DNA of 64,000 nucleotides from Parcubacteria group bacterium. GTDB taxonomy: Bacteria > Patescibacteriota > Minisyncoccia > Moranbacterales > UBA2206. The DNA lies in the NCBI GenBank assembly GCA_041664225.1, contig JBAYLE010000003.1:15608-79607 (forward strand), written 5' to 3'. Position numbers and translations under genes: made by a program. The notes under the pieces are model-generated. The model was not told the DNA's origin. It did not search any database and was given only the letters and a program-made list of their open reading frames with translations. Below, one piece after another: positions 47,025-55,564 of the stretch (positions are counted from its first letter, which is position 1; the number at the start of each line of letters is the position of its first letter).

Positions 47025-47876
47025 ATGAAGAGCAAGAAAAAAAAGAAAAAAATTGTAGTGGCCGTTAGCGGCGGTTTTGATCCGATCCATGCCGGACATG
47101 TAAGAATGTTTAAAGAAGCTAAGGCTTTGGGTGATGAACTGGTAGTAATATTGAATAACGACAACTGGTTCAGCATAAAAGGACGGACGCTTTTCATGCC
47201 TGGAAAAGAACGAAAAGAAATAATTGAAGCGCTCAAGCCGGTGGATCGTGTTATTTTAAGTAAACACAAGCCTTCCAAGAAAAAATACGACAGAACTACG
47301 ATCGAATATAGCGTATGCCGCGAGCTAGAAGAATTAAAACCGGATATTTTTGCTAATGGGGGCGACCGCTTTAAAGATGATGTTCCAGAAGTTGCTACTT
47401 GTAAAAAAATTGGCTGTAAAACAGTTTTCAATATTGGCAAAGGAGGGAAGGTGCAATCTAGCTCTTGGCTTCTGGAAAAATATCTGAAAAAGGCAAGTGA
47501 TAAATCTGAAAATCGGCCTTGGGGAAAGTTTGAAGTATATGTAGACGACACAAATCACAAGGTAAAAAAACTCACTGTTTCCCCGGGCGCTAAATTAAGC
47601 TTGCAATCTCACAAAAAGCGCGCGGAACACTGGGTGGTTGTCAAGGGAACTGCCAAAGTAGTCAACGGTGAAAATATGCTGACAATCCATGAAAACGAAA
47701 GTACCTACATTCCTGCCGGCACCAAGCATCAACTTACAAACCCGGGAAAGGCATCCTTGGAGGTAATCGAGGTTCAAACCGGAAGTTATTTTGGCGAGGA
47801 TGATATAATCCGTTACCATGATGAGTATGGACGTATGAGTGGCATGTCTTCTACAGAAAAAGTTGACAAAAAATAG
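47025..47876 (+). CDS. Cytidylyltransferase-family domain fused to a mannose-6-phosphate isomerase (type II) cupin
   Basis: SGGFDPIHAGH (HxGH), FANGGDR, KVQSSS; C-terminal RPWG, LSLQSH..RAEHW.VV, EVQTG.Y.GEDDI.R. Confidence 0.85.
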   Translation: MKSKKKKKKIVVAVSGGFDPIHAGHVRMFKEAKALGDELVVILNNDNWFSIKGRTLFMPGKERKEIIEALKPVDRVILSKHKPSKKKYDRTTIEYSVCRELEELKPDIFANGGDRFKDDVPEVATCKKIGCKTVFNIGKGGKVQSSSWLLEKYLKKASDKSENRPWGKFEVYVDDTNHKVKKLTVSPGAKLSLQSHKKRAEHWVVVKGTAKVVNGENMLTIHENESTYIPAGTKHQLTNPGKASLEVIEVQTGSYFGEDDIIRYHDEYGRMSGMSSTEKVDKK

Positions 47877-47891
47877 TTTTGGGTGTATAAT
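47863..47891 (+). promoter_or_regulatory. Consensus sigma70 promoter of rnj
   Basis: TTGACA-17-TATAAT. Confidence 0.8.
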
Positions 47892-48076
47892 TAAAGGTAA
47901 TAAAGTCACTTCTTAATATTTTCCTTTATTTAAGGCTTTCTTCTTCTCAATATCTCTAAGAAATTTTCTTTTCTATTGTTTTTCATCTTTTTTATTATTT
48001 TATCGTCTTTTAATTTACTTTAATCAGCCTGCTATCTTTCGCGATATACATTCGCGTTAATTAGCGAACCTAATTT

Positions 48077-49900
48077 ATGTTTAAAAAAACTACGGCTTCT
48101 TCGCCTTTGGTTCGTCCAAGCGAAGCCGCCAAACCACAACCAAGCGCGCCTATGGGACATAGGATCAGCAGCTATCCTAAGGCGTCCCCCCTAAGAAACA
48201 GTTCTCCGTCTACTAATAGGCAGGCGTCTTTTGGCGGCAATTTACGCGTCATCCCTTTGGGGGGCCTCGAAGAAGTCGGCCGCAATATGACTATCTTTGA
48301 ATATGGACAAGACATTATCATTGTCGACATGGGTCTCCAATTCCCGGATGAAGACATGCCAGGGATCGACTATATCATTCCTGACATCAGCTATCTCAAA
48401 GGCAAAGAAAAAAATATCCGCGGCGTTTTGATCACGCACGGACATTATGATCACATCGGCGCTATCCCTCATCTGATGGAGGCTTTGGGCAATCCGCCGA
48501 TTTATATGACTGAACTGACCCGCGGCATTGTTATGAAAAGACAGGATGACTATAAAGACAAGTCTCCACTTAATATCCATACCGTTAAAAAAATTGATCG
48601 CATGCGATTGGGGAGTTTCAACATCGAATTTTTCCATGTTAACCATACCATCCCCGATGCGGTCGGCATCGCCATCACCACGCCAGTTGGAACAATCATT
48701 CATACCGGCGATTTCAAATTTGATCATTCTCCAATTTCAGATGCGCCAGCCGACATCGCCAAGATTGCCCGCCTCGGCAGTGAGAATGTTCTGGCCTTGA
48801 TGTCAGACTCAACCGACTCACAGACCCCCGGCTATTCTTTGTCTGAATCAAAAATCGCCAAAACCCTGGATGATATTTTTGAACAAACTCAGGGACGTTT
48901 GATTTTTGCAACTTTTTCATCGCTCATTAGCCGTATTCAATCAGTCGTGGCCGCCGCTGAAAAACACGGCCGTAAAGTAGCCGTCGATGGCTATTCCATG
49001 CGGACTAACGTGGAAATTGCCAGAAACTTAGGTTACCTTCAGACGAAAAAAAGCACTTTCATTCCGATCAACAAGGTTAATGATTATCCGGATAATAAAG
49101 TAGCGATTCTTTGCACTGGTTCACAGGGCGAAGCCAATGCCGTGCTCATGCGCATCGTGAACGGCGAGCACCGCTTTGTAAAAGTTCATAAAGATGACAC
49201 CTTCGTTCTTTCTTCCTCGGTTATCCCCGGCAATGAAAGAACAGTACAGTCCATCATGGATACAATTTACAGAAAAGATGCCAAGGTTATTAATTACAAA
49301 ATGATGGACGTGCATGCCGGAGGGCACGCGCGCCAAGAAGACCTAAAGATGATGATCAATCTGATCCGACCGAAATATCTGATTCCGATCCATGGCAATT
49401 ATTATATGTTGAAACTGCATGGACAACTGGGGGTATCCGTCGGTATGGATCCAAAAAATATTCTGATCGGCGAAAACGGAAAGGTTATCGAATTTGATTA
49501 CCGCCAAAACGGCAAAATTACCGACGAAAAAGTTCCGACCAGTCATATCATGGTGGACGGGCTTGGCGTCGGCGACATCGGGCAAGTGGTGCTCCGCGAC
49601 CGCCAGCTTTTGGCGCAAGACGGCATGTTTGTCATTACTGTTATTATTGATAGCGATACCAAGAAAATTCTCGGTAAACCACAAGTCACTTCCCGCGGGT
49701 TCATCTTTGTCAAAGAAAATTTTGATTTGGTAAACGCCACCAAGAAAAAAGTGGAAGAGATCATCGCCCAAAAAGTTACGACCGAAACGGCCGTCAACTG
49801 GGATTATGTTAAAAACAACATCCGCGAAGCCGTCGGGTCATTCCTCTATCAAAAAACACAAAGACGGCCGATGGTGCTCCCGGTGGTGATAGAGGTGTAA
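48077..49900 (+). CDS. rnj: Ribonuclease J
   Basis: PLGGLEEVGRNM, THGHYDHIG, HTGDFK, TGSQGE, HAGGH, IPIHG, RRPMVLPV. Confidence 0.96.
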   Translation: MFKKTTASSPLVRPSEAAKPQPSAPMGHRISSYPKASPLRNSSPSTNRQASFGGNLRVIPLGGLEEVGRNMTIFEYGQDIIIVDMGLQFPDEDMPGIDYIIPDISYLKGKEKNIRGVLITHGHYDHIGAIPHLMEALGNPPIYMTELTRGIVMKRQDDYKDKSPLNIHTVKKIDRMRLGSFNIEFFHVNHTIPDAVGIAITTPVGTIIHTGDFKFDHSPISDAPADIAKIARLGSENVLALMSDSTDSQTPGYSLSESKIAKTLDDIFEQTQGRLIFATFSSLISRIQSVVAAAEKHGRKVAVDGYSMRTNVEIARNLGYLQTKKSTFIPINKVNDYPDNKVAILCTGSQGEANAVLMRIVNGEHRFVKVHKDDTFVLSSSVIPGNERTVQSIMDTIYRKDAKVINYKMMDVHAGGHARQEDLKMMINLIRPKYLIPIHGNYYMLKLHGQLGVSVGMDPKNILIGENGKVIEFDYRQNGKITDEKVPTSHIMVDGLGVGDIGQVVLRDRQLLAQDGMFVITVIIDSDTKKILGKPQVTSRGFIFVKENFDLVNATKKKVEEIIAQKVTTETAVNWDYVKNNIREAVGSFLYQKTQRRPMVLPVVIEV

Positions 49901-49911
49901 TTATATTACTT

Positions 49912-49938
49912 TGTCATTCCGGACTTGATCCGGAATCT
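49912..49938. repeat. REP/RPE-like palindrome
   Basis: TGTCATTCCGGA-CTTGA-TCCGGAATCT. Confidence 0.7.
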
Positions 49939-49948
49939 AATAAAATTA

Positions 49949-49987
49949 AAGGCGGACTGTGAGATTTACTCAAGCAGTCCGCTTTTT
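49949..49987. terminator. Terminator hairpin between convergent genes
   Basis: AAGGCGGACTG...CAGTCCGCTTTTT. Confidence 0.7.
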
Positions 49988-50013
49988 GTTTCTATCGGCC
50001 TAAGTGTGTCTTT

Positions 50014-51153
50014 TTATTTTTTCTTTTTGAACGCTTCGGCGATCTTCCGAAAAGTTTCTTCGGAAATTTTTTTTCCAAGTTGCTTATGAGCTTCGATAAC
50101 GGGGCCGATGTCACCATCGCATTTCGAGACCGAGGTTTCCAAAAGTTCATTGGCTTCGTCTTCGCGCAGCGGTCGGGAAATTACGGCGAGCAGATCAGAA
50201 ACATTATATGTTTCCTTTTGCTGTAGATAGACTTTAATCATTTTTTCAGAGTCTTTTTTCCCGAGTTTTTTCTTCAATTCTTCACAAAGATATTTTACGT
50301 TATGCATAGAACCTTCCCCAACACTAATCTTCCGGATTTTATAGAGATATCTCCTTGAAGCTCTAAGTGCAATCGCAACTCTTGACAGTCCATACAGAAT
50401 ACTTGAATCAACTATTGAGATGTATCCCCGCATCAACTGGTTGGCAACTTTTTGAGGAATCGGAATTATCTTATTAAAGTCAACCGGGTTTTGGGGGCTG
50501 TCTTTTTTAAGGCATGCCCCAAACAGAATGTCAACAAGTTTTTTATTTGATAACTTTACACCAGTTAATTGAAGGGCTGTTTGCAAACAATGTACATCGG
50601 CACGACCATCAATATATAGCTGGGCACAGTACCTCGCAACTTCTCTCTTCATCTTTTTTGTTGATTTTTTCACCAGCAATTCCATCTCGTCATCAAAAAA
50701 ATATCTCGGATGACGCGCAGATGCTTTTAGGCATAAAATCGGATCGACAATTAAAGGCGAGGGATTAAAATCTAAATACCATTCGAGATAATTGGTTTCT
50801 TTCCCTACAACATAAATACTTTTTCCGATTCTATTTATAAATCTTTTGGATATGTTTTGACCCATCTTTTTCATAGCCTTGAGCAGCTCCATGGCGGAAA
50901 AGATATACTTCCCAACCAGTATTTGTCCGCGAAGTTCGCGCCATTCTTTTTTTGTGGGAACAACCTTGGTCAGCTCTACAATATAAAAAAAGGTATCAAC
51001 CGAAGCTTTCCGCAAAGCCACTTTTTTGGCCATTCTTATTTCGCTTGTTGTGAGTCCCCTTCCTTCCGTTTCGGCTACTTCCAGGGCCTTTCTTATTTCG
51101 CCCTGACCTAAATATAAGTCGACTAATTCCTTGGCTGCCGTCTTTTTTTTCAC
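50014..51153 (-). CDS. Hypothetical basic helical protein (orphan)
   Basis: 379-aa ORF; GTG start with AAGGAGG SD, upstream boxA-like GTTCTTTAAAA and a TTGACT-17-TATAAT promoter. Confidence 0.75.
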   Translation of the reverse strand: MKKKTAAKELVDLYLGQGEIRKALEVAETEGRGLTTSEIRMAKKVALRKASVDTFFYIVELTKVVPTKKEWRELRGQILVGKYIFSAMELLKAMKKMGQNISKRFINRIGKSIYVVGKETNYLEWYLDFNPSPLIVDPILCLKASARHPRYFFDDEMELLVKKSTKKMKREVARYCAQLYIDGRADVHCLQTALQLTGVKLSNKKLVDILFGACLKKDSPQNPVDFNKIIPIPQKVANQLMRGYISIVDSSILYGLSRVAIALRASRRYLYKIRKISVGEGSMHNVKYLCEELKKKLGKKDSEKMIKVYLQQKETYNVSDLLAVISRPLREDEANELLETSVSKCDGDIGPVIEAHKQLGKKISEETFRKIAEAFKKKK

Positions 51154-51351
51154 CTTGTTCCTCCTTGTTTATAGATTTTAAAGAACTTCTTGCCTATTTT
51201 TTGATTTTTGTTTTAACAAGGAATTATATTATAAAGTAGAATACTAGTCAATGATTAGGTCGTTTTTATTAAGATTAATTTATTATTTGACTTATTTTAG
51301 GCACTATACTATACTTATTTTGTTGACCCTTTTGTCGACAATTATAAAAAT

Positions 51352-52083
51352 ATGCTCGAAAGAGACCTGGAAAAATTGGGGCTAGACGACAAAGAAGCTA
51401 AAATATATTTAGCGCTTTTAGAGTTAGGGGAAGCTAATATCCAACAAATTGCCAAAAAATCAGGAGTCAAAAGAACGACTGTTTATGACATTATTGAGTC
51501 CTTGAAAGAAAAGGGGCTTTTGAGTTCAGCGACACGGCACAAAAAAATTACCTATTCCGCCGAAGATCCGAGAACGCTGGAGGAAAAATTAGACGAAAGA
51601 AAAAATACCCTAAAAAGGATTATGCCAGAACTGCTTTCCATCGCCAATGCGATGGATAAAAAACCAAAAATAAGATTCTTTGAAGGATCAGAGGGGATAA
51701 AAGAGGTTTATAAAGATACGTTAAAATACCCCTCTAGCGAACTTTTGGCTTGGGTTTCCGATGAAGCAGTAACTGTTTTTGATAAGGATTTTTTGGAGGG
51801 ATATTACTTACCAAAAAGAATTGAAAAAAAGATATGGGTCAGAGCGATTGGCACAGAGAGCACGGAGATGAAAAACTATAAAAATTTAGATGAGAAGTCT
51901 TTACGCAAAACTAAGATCATCTCTGCCAATCAATTTCCCATCCATGTTGAAATCAATCTTTATGGAAAAAATAAAATCGCCGTCATGTCTTTTTCCGAAA
52001 AAATCGGCCTCATCGTCGAAAGTCAAAAGATTTTCACCACCCTCAAAAGCATATTCGAAATGAACTGGAATTCAATTGCCTAA
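51352..52083 (+). CDS. TrmB-family HTH transcriptional regulator
   Basis: LGL...EAKIYLALL, IAKKSGVKRTTVY.I...L..KGL, PKIRFFEG.EG. Confidence 0.88.
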   Translation: MLERDLEKLGLDDKEAKIYLALLELGEANIQQIAKKSGVKRTTVYDIIESLKEKGLLSSATRHKKITYSAEDPRTLEEKLDERKNTLKRIMPELLSIANAMDKKPKIRFFEGSEGIKEVYKDTLKYPSSELLAWVSDEAVTVFDKDFLEGYYLPKRIEKKIWVRAIGTESTEMKNYKNLDEKSLRKTKIISANQFPIHVEINLYGKNKIAVMSFSEKIGLIVESQKIFTTLKSIFEMNWNSIA

Positions 52084-52111
52084 ATTTTAAAAATATAAAA
52101 TAATAGATCCT

Positions 52112-52295
52112 TCAGCCTACAAAATTTCCACAAAATTCAAGCGAGCGAGCGTTAAGAAAGTTCCTTGATTCCGCCTCGGAAGCAGCCGGAACTTTTAGCT
52201 CGCAAGTGCATAATTTTGTCGGAAATTTTGTCTGGCTGAGAGTTCTTTTTGTTACTTTTTCTTGCGGAAAGAAAAAGTAAGGGGCTGTAATTGCC
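52112..52295 (+). repeat. Structured ~190-nt repeat, copy C (divergent)
   Basis: Same stem layout as copy A with different stem sequences; apical CCGCCTCGGAAGCA; tail hairpin TTACTTTTTCTT-GCGGA-AAGAAAAAGTAA. Confidence 0.8.
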
Positions 52296-52325
52296 TAAAA
52301 CACTCCTTTACGCTAGAATAAATTT

Positions 52326-53306
52326 ATGAACAAGAGAATCTTTTCCGGCGTGCAGCCGAGCGGAAACCTGCATATTGGCAACTATTTGGGAGCCATCAAA
52401 AACTGGGTCAAACTCCAAGAGGAATATGATTCGATTTTTTGCGTGGTAGACCTGCATGCCATCACCGTTCCGCAAAATCCAGAGGAACTGCGAAAAAAGA
52501 CCCTTGAAGTTGCTAAAGTTTATCTGGCCGCCGGCATTGATCCGGAAAAATGTTCGATTTTCATCCAATCGCATGTTCCGGAGCACGCGGAGCTGGCTTG
52601 GATTTTGAATACGATTACCAAGGTTGCGGAACTGGAAAGAATGACTCAATTCAAAGACAAAACTCAAAAGAATATCGAAGGCACAGCTGTCGGACTTTTT
52701 GATTATCCTGTTCTCATGGCTTCCGACATCTTGCTTTACGACACCGACCTGGTACCAGTAGGCAAAGACCAGGTCCAGCATATTGAACTGACCAGGACTT
52801 TAGCCAACAGATTCAACAAAAAATTCGGCGAGACTTTCATAATTCCCAAGCCATACACCACAGAAGTGAGCCAGAGTATTATGGGGCTCGACGACCCTTC
52901 TAAAAAAATGTCGAAATCAGCGAGCTCTGAATACAATTACATTTCCCTTACCGACAACGCTGAAACCGTCCGCCGGAAAATAAAAAAGGCGGTGACTGAC
53001 AGTGGAACGGAAATAGTTTACCGAGATGATAAGCCGGCTTTGAAAAATTTGATCAATATTTATTCCCTCCTTTCCGAAAAATCCACCAAAGATATTGAAA
53101 AGCTGTACACAGGCAAGGGCTATGCAGATTTTAAGCAAGATTTGGCAGAGGTTATTATTGCCTTTTTAAAGCCTTTCCAAGAAAGGTTGGGGGATCTGTC
53201 TGATGAAAAAGTTCTGGAAATCTTGAAAGCTGGCGCGGAAAAAGTCCGCCCGTTAGCAAAGAAGAAGCTAGAGGAAGTGAAAAAAAAGGTGGGTTTTATA
53301 TTGTAA
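52326..53306 (+). CDS. trpS: Tryptophan--tRNA ligase
   Basis: SGVQPSG.LHIGNYLGA (HIGH-like), YPVLMASDIL, VPVGKDQ.QH, KMSKS. Confidence 0.97.
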   Translation: MNKRIFSGVQPSGNLHIGNYLGAIKNWVKLQEEYDSIFCVVDLHAITVPQNPEELRKKTLEVAKVYLAAGIDPEKCSIFIQSHVPEHAELAWILNTITKVAELERMTQFKDKTQKNIEGTAVGLFDYPVLMASDILLYDTDLVPVGKDQVQHIELTRTLANRFNKKFGETFIIPKPYTTEVSQSIMGLDDPSKKMSKSASSEYNYISLTDNAETVRRKIKKAVTDSGTEIVYRDDKPALKNLINIYSLLSEKSTKDIEKLYTGKGYADFKQDLAEVIIAFLKPFQERLGDLSDEKVLEILKAGAEKVRPLAKKKLEEVKKKVGFIL

Positions 53307-53323
53307 AAATTTTTAAACTACCA

Positions 53324-53522
53324 TCGAGCATGTAAAATATGCTACTACAAATTGAAGCTTTTGAGCGTTAAGAAATTTTTAGGTCCGCCTCGGGGCAACC
53401 AAAAATTTTAGTGAAAAAGCTGAAAATTTGTTAGCATGTTTTGCCTGCTCGGACTTTTCTTTGTAACTTTCTTTTCCTAGAAAAGAAAGTTAGATCAGTA
53501 CTTGCGGAAAGAAAAAGTAAGG
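53324..53522 (+). repeat. Structured ~190-nt repeat, copy B
   Basis: TCGAGCATGT...GGTCCGCCTCGGGGCAACC...CCTGCTCGGACTTTTCTTTG as in copy A. Confidence 0.85.
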
Positions 53523-53529
53523 AAAAGTT

Positions 53530-55062
53530 ATGCTAAAAGAAAAATTTAAAAAACTTAATTCCAAGTTTGAGCCCTATTATCTTTGGCTCATTTTAATTTT
53601 AGCTGCCGTCCTGCGCTTGCGCAATCTGGCCTATCGAGATTTTTGGTATGACGAAGCCTTCACTGGCGTCGCCGTCAAGGAAAAATTTAGCGATATGATC
53701 CAAATGATCATTAATGACGTCCACCCGCCACTCTATTACGCGTCTTTAAAATTGTTCGCTTCTTTTTTCGATTATAGCGTTTATGGTATCCGCTTATTTT
53801 CAGCTATTTTCGGCATTCTAGCTGTCTGGGCAGCCTATCTCTTCGCCAAAGAACTATGTGGCAAGCGAGCTGGGCTCTTCGCCGGATTTATAACCGCCAT
53901 CGCGCCTTTTGCTATTCAGTATTCCCAAGAAGCACGCATGTACACCATGCTTTCATTCTTTCTTTTGATTTCTGCCTATTTTTTTCTAAGAGCGCTTAAA
54001 AATAACTCGACCAAAAACTATGTCTTTTGGGGAATTTTTCTGGGCCTAGCTTGCCTTACCCATTATATGGGCGTAGTTTTTTCCGCGACTTTCTATTTAG
54101 CCTATTTGGTTTGGAATATTTTTGAAGAAGAAGAAACGAACAAAAAGTTTGATTTGAGGTCCCTGAAAAAATTTATACCTAACAAGAGCGTACTCATTGG
54201 ATATTTTTTTGCTTTTTTAGTATTTTCATTTTGGGTAAAAAGATTTTATTATCACATGATGGACTTGGGTGACAATTTACATTGGGTGCGTCCGGCCAAT
54301 CTGGGCGATGTTTTCTGGAGCGTGCAGATGTTTCTTTTCGGAACACCAGTCGGGGAAATGTCTTCCGGTATGCCAAACCCTAACACTTTTTATATAATTT
54401 CTCAGACCTCAGTTTTGAGCGGGCTGACAATTTTGTTTACCGCGATTATAATCTTTTTATTTTTCAGAGATCGTAAAAAAACCGCCACATTGCTTGTCTT
54501 TTCTTTCGGCTTCATCGGCATCGTCTATATAATGTCCTTATTTAACGAGCAATATTTTGTCGCCCGCTATCTGATGCCAGCCGCGTATTTTATTTATATT
54601 TTGTTAGGCGTTTGGCTTTCTCAAGTTCACTGGCGCTATGTGGCTTCAGCGCTGGCTCTTTATGGAATCTTACTGGCCTTTGTCACTCATCTCGGTTTTT
54701 CCACTGGCTGGAATATTTTGCAAAAAAATACCGCTAAATACAAAGATAGTGATTTTTATATCACGACCTCTTTTGACTATGTGATTGCTAAATATTATTT
54801 GGGCGCGGATAGACTGACTTTGTATAATCTTGATTGGCCAGCATATAACCCCAGTTATTGGGCAGCTATCGGCCCCAGCCTCAAACGCGCCGAAAGTTTT
54901 AATACGATTTTGAATGATCCCAACGCTTTGATAATTTCCAATATGCCGCTCAACAAAAAAACCAGCACCGATCCAACTTTCGATGCCAAAAAGTTTAAGC
55001 TGGTTGATTATTACAATAATATTTTTGTTTACAAAATAGACCCGGGATCTTCCAACCCTTGA
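53530..55062 (+). CDS. GT-C fold membrane glycosyltransferase (PMT/ArnT-like)
   Basis: FWYDEA, DVHPPLYY, YSQEARMY, multiple TM helices. Confidence 0.88.
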   Translation: MLKEKFKKLNSKFEPYYLWLILILAAVLRLRNLAYRDFWYDEAFTGVAVKEKFSDMIQMIINDVHPPLYYASLKLFASFFDYSVYGIRLFSAIFGILAVWAAYLFAKELCGKRAGLFAGFITAIAPFAIQYSQEARMYTMLSFFLLISAYFFLRALKNNSTKNYVFWGIFLGLACLTHYMGVVFSATFYLAYLVWNIFEEEETNKKFDLRSLKKFIPNKSVLIGYFFAFLVFSFWVKRFYYHMMDLGDNLHWVRPANLGDVFWSVQMFLFGTPVGEMSSGMPNPNTFYIISQTSVLSGLTILFTAIIIFLFFRDRKKTATLLVFSFGFIGIVYIMSLFNEQYFVARYLMPAAYFIYILLGVWLSQVHWRYVASALALYGILLAFVTHLGFSTGWNILQKNTAKYKDSDFYITTSFDYVIAKYYLGADRLTLYNLDWPAYNPSYWAAIGPSLKRAESFNTILNDPNALIISNMPLNKKTSTDPTFDAKKFKLVDYYNNIFVYKIDPGSSNP

Positions 55063-55158
55063 CAATTTGGTTTTTATTGACCATAGTTGGTACAAAGAAG
55101 AGACTTACTTATCAATTTTTCAAAAGGCTTTCCAAGAAAGCCGGAAAGGAGGCAGTTC

Positions 55159-55437
55159 TTGAACAATAACGAGAAGTATATAGGAGAAAAGATTGAGTAT
55201 AAAAAGATCTTTGAAAGAGGTCGGCCAGTTTTGAATAAGAACGGCGTATCATACCTAAAACCAAAACGCTTGAAAGCAAGTACCCCCAGACACACCAGCT
55301 ATAAGGATAACTCCGTGAGTATGGTGCAGGAAGCAAGGGCTTCATCCATCCAGACTGAGCCTGAAATAGTTTCAAAGCCCATCGGAATGATTAAATCTTT
55401 TTTTGCTCAAATTAAATTGCTTCTATGGGGATTTTAA
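55159..55437 (+). CDS. Hypothetical protein (orphan)
   Basis: In-frame TTG 6 nt after AAAGGAGG; followed by hairpin AACGAGGC..GCCTCGTT. Confidence 0.5.
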   Translation: MNNNEKYIGEKIEYKKIFERGRPVLNKNGVSYLKPKRLKASTPRHTSYKDNSVSMVQEARASSIQTEPEIVSKPIGMIKSFFAQIKLLLWGF

Positions 55438-55473
55438 AACGAGGCTATCCAGCGTATTGTGGATGCCTCGTTA

Positions 55474-55547
55474 TTTATTGTCGAACAAAGCGAGAGAAAT
55501 AGACGCCACTGACGGACATTTCCGAGCGAGTGCTGACAACAAATTTT
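55474..55547. repeat. ~70-nt hairpin repeat, copy 2
   Basis: Homologous to 31865-31936 but with a different central segment. Confidence 0.75.
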
Positions 55548-55564
55548 GTTTTATAATTCCACTA

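Noticed and set aside
46784-47551. 255-aa antisense ORF, and similar antisense ORFs such as 619-1362
   Set aside because: They lie opposite well-supported genes, have no motifs and are typical shadow ORFs.
52112-52325. T-box riboswitch upstream of trpS
   Set aside because: There is no T-box bulge (GGTGGNACC), the same element occurs at unrelated loci, and the trpS promoter appears to lie downstream of it.
55495-55535. Hammerhead ribozyme in the 70-nt repeat
   Set aside because: GAAA and CTGA are present but the CUGANGA core and three-stem arrangement are not.
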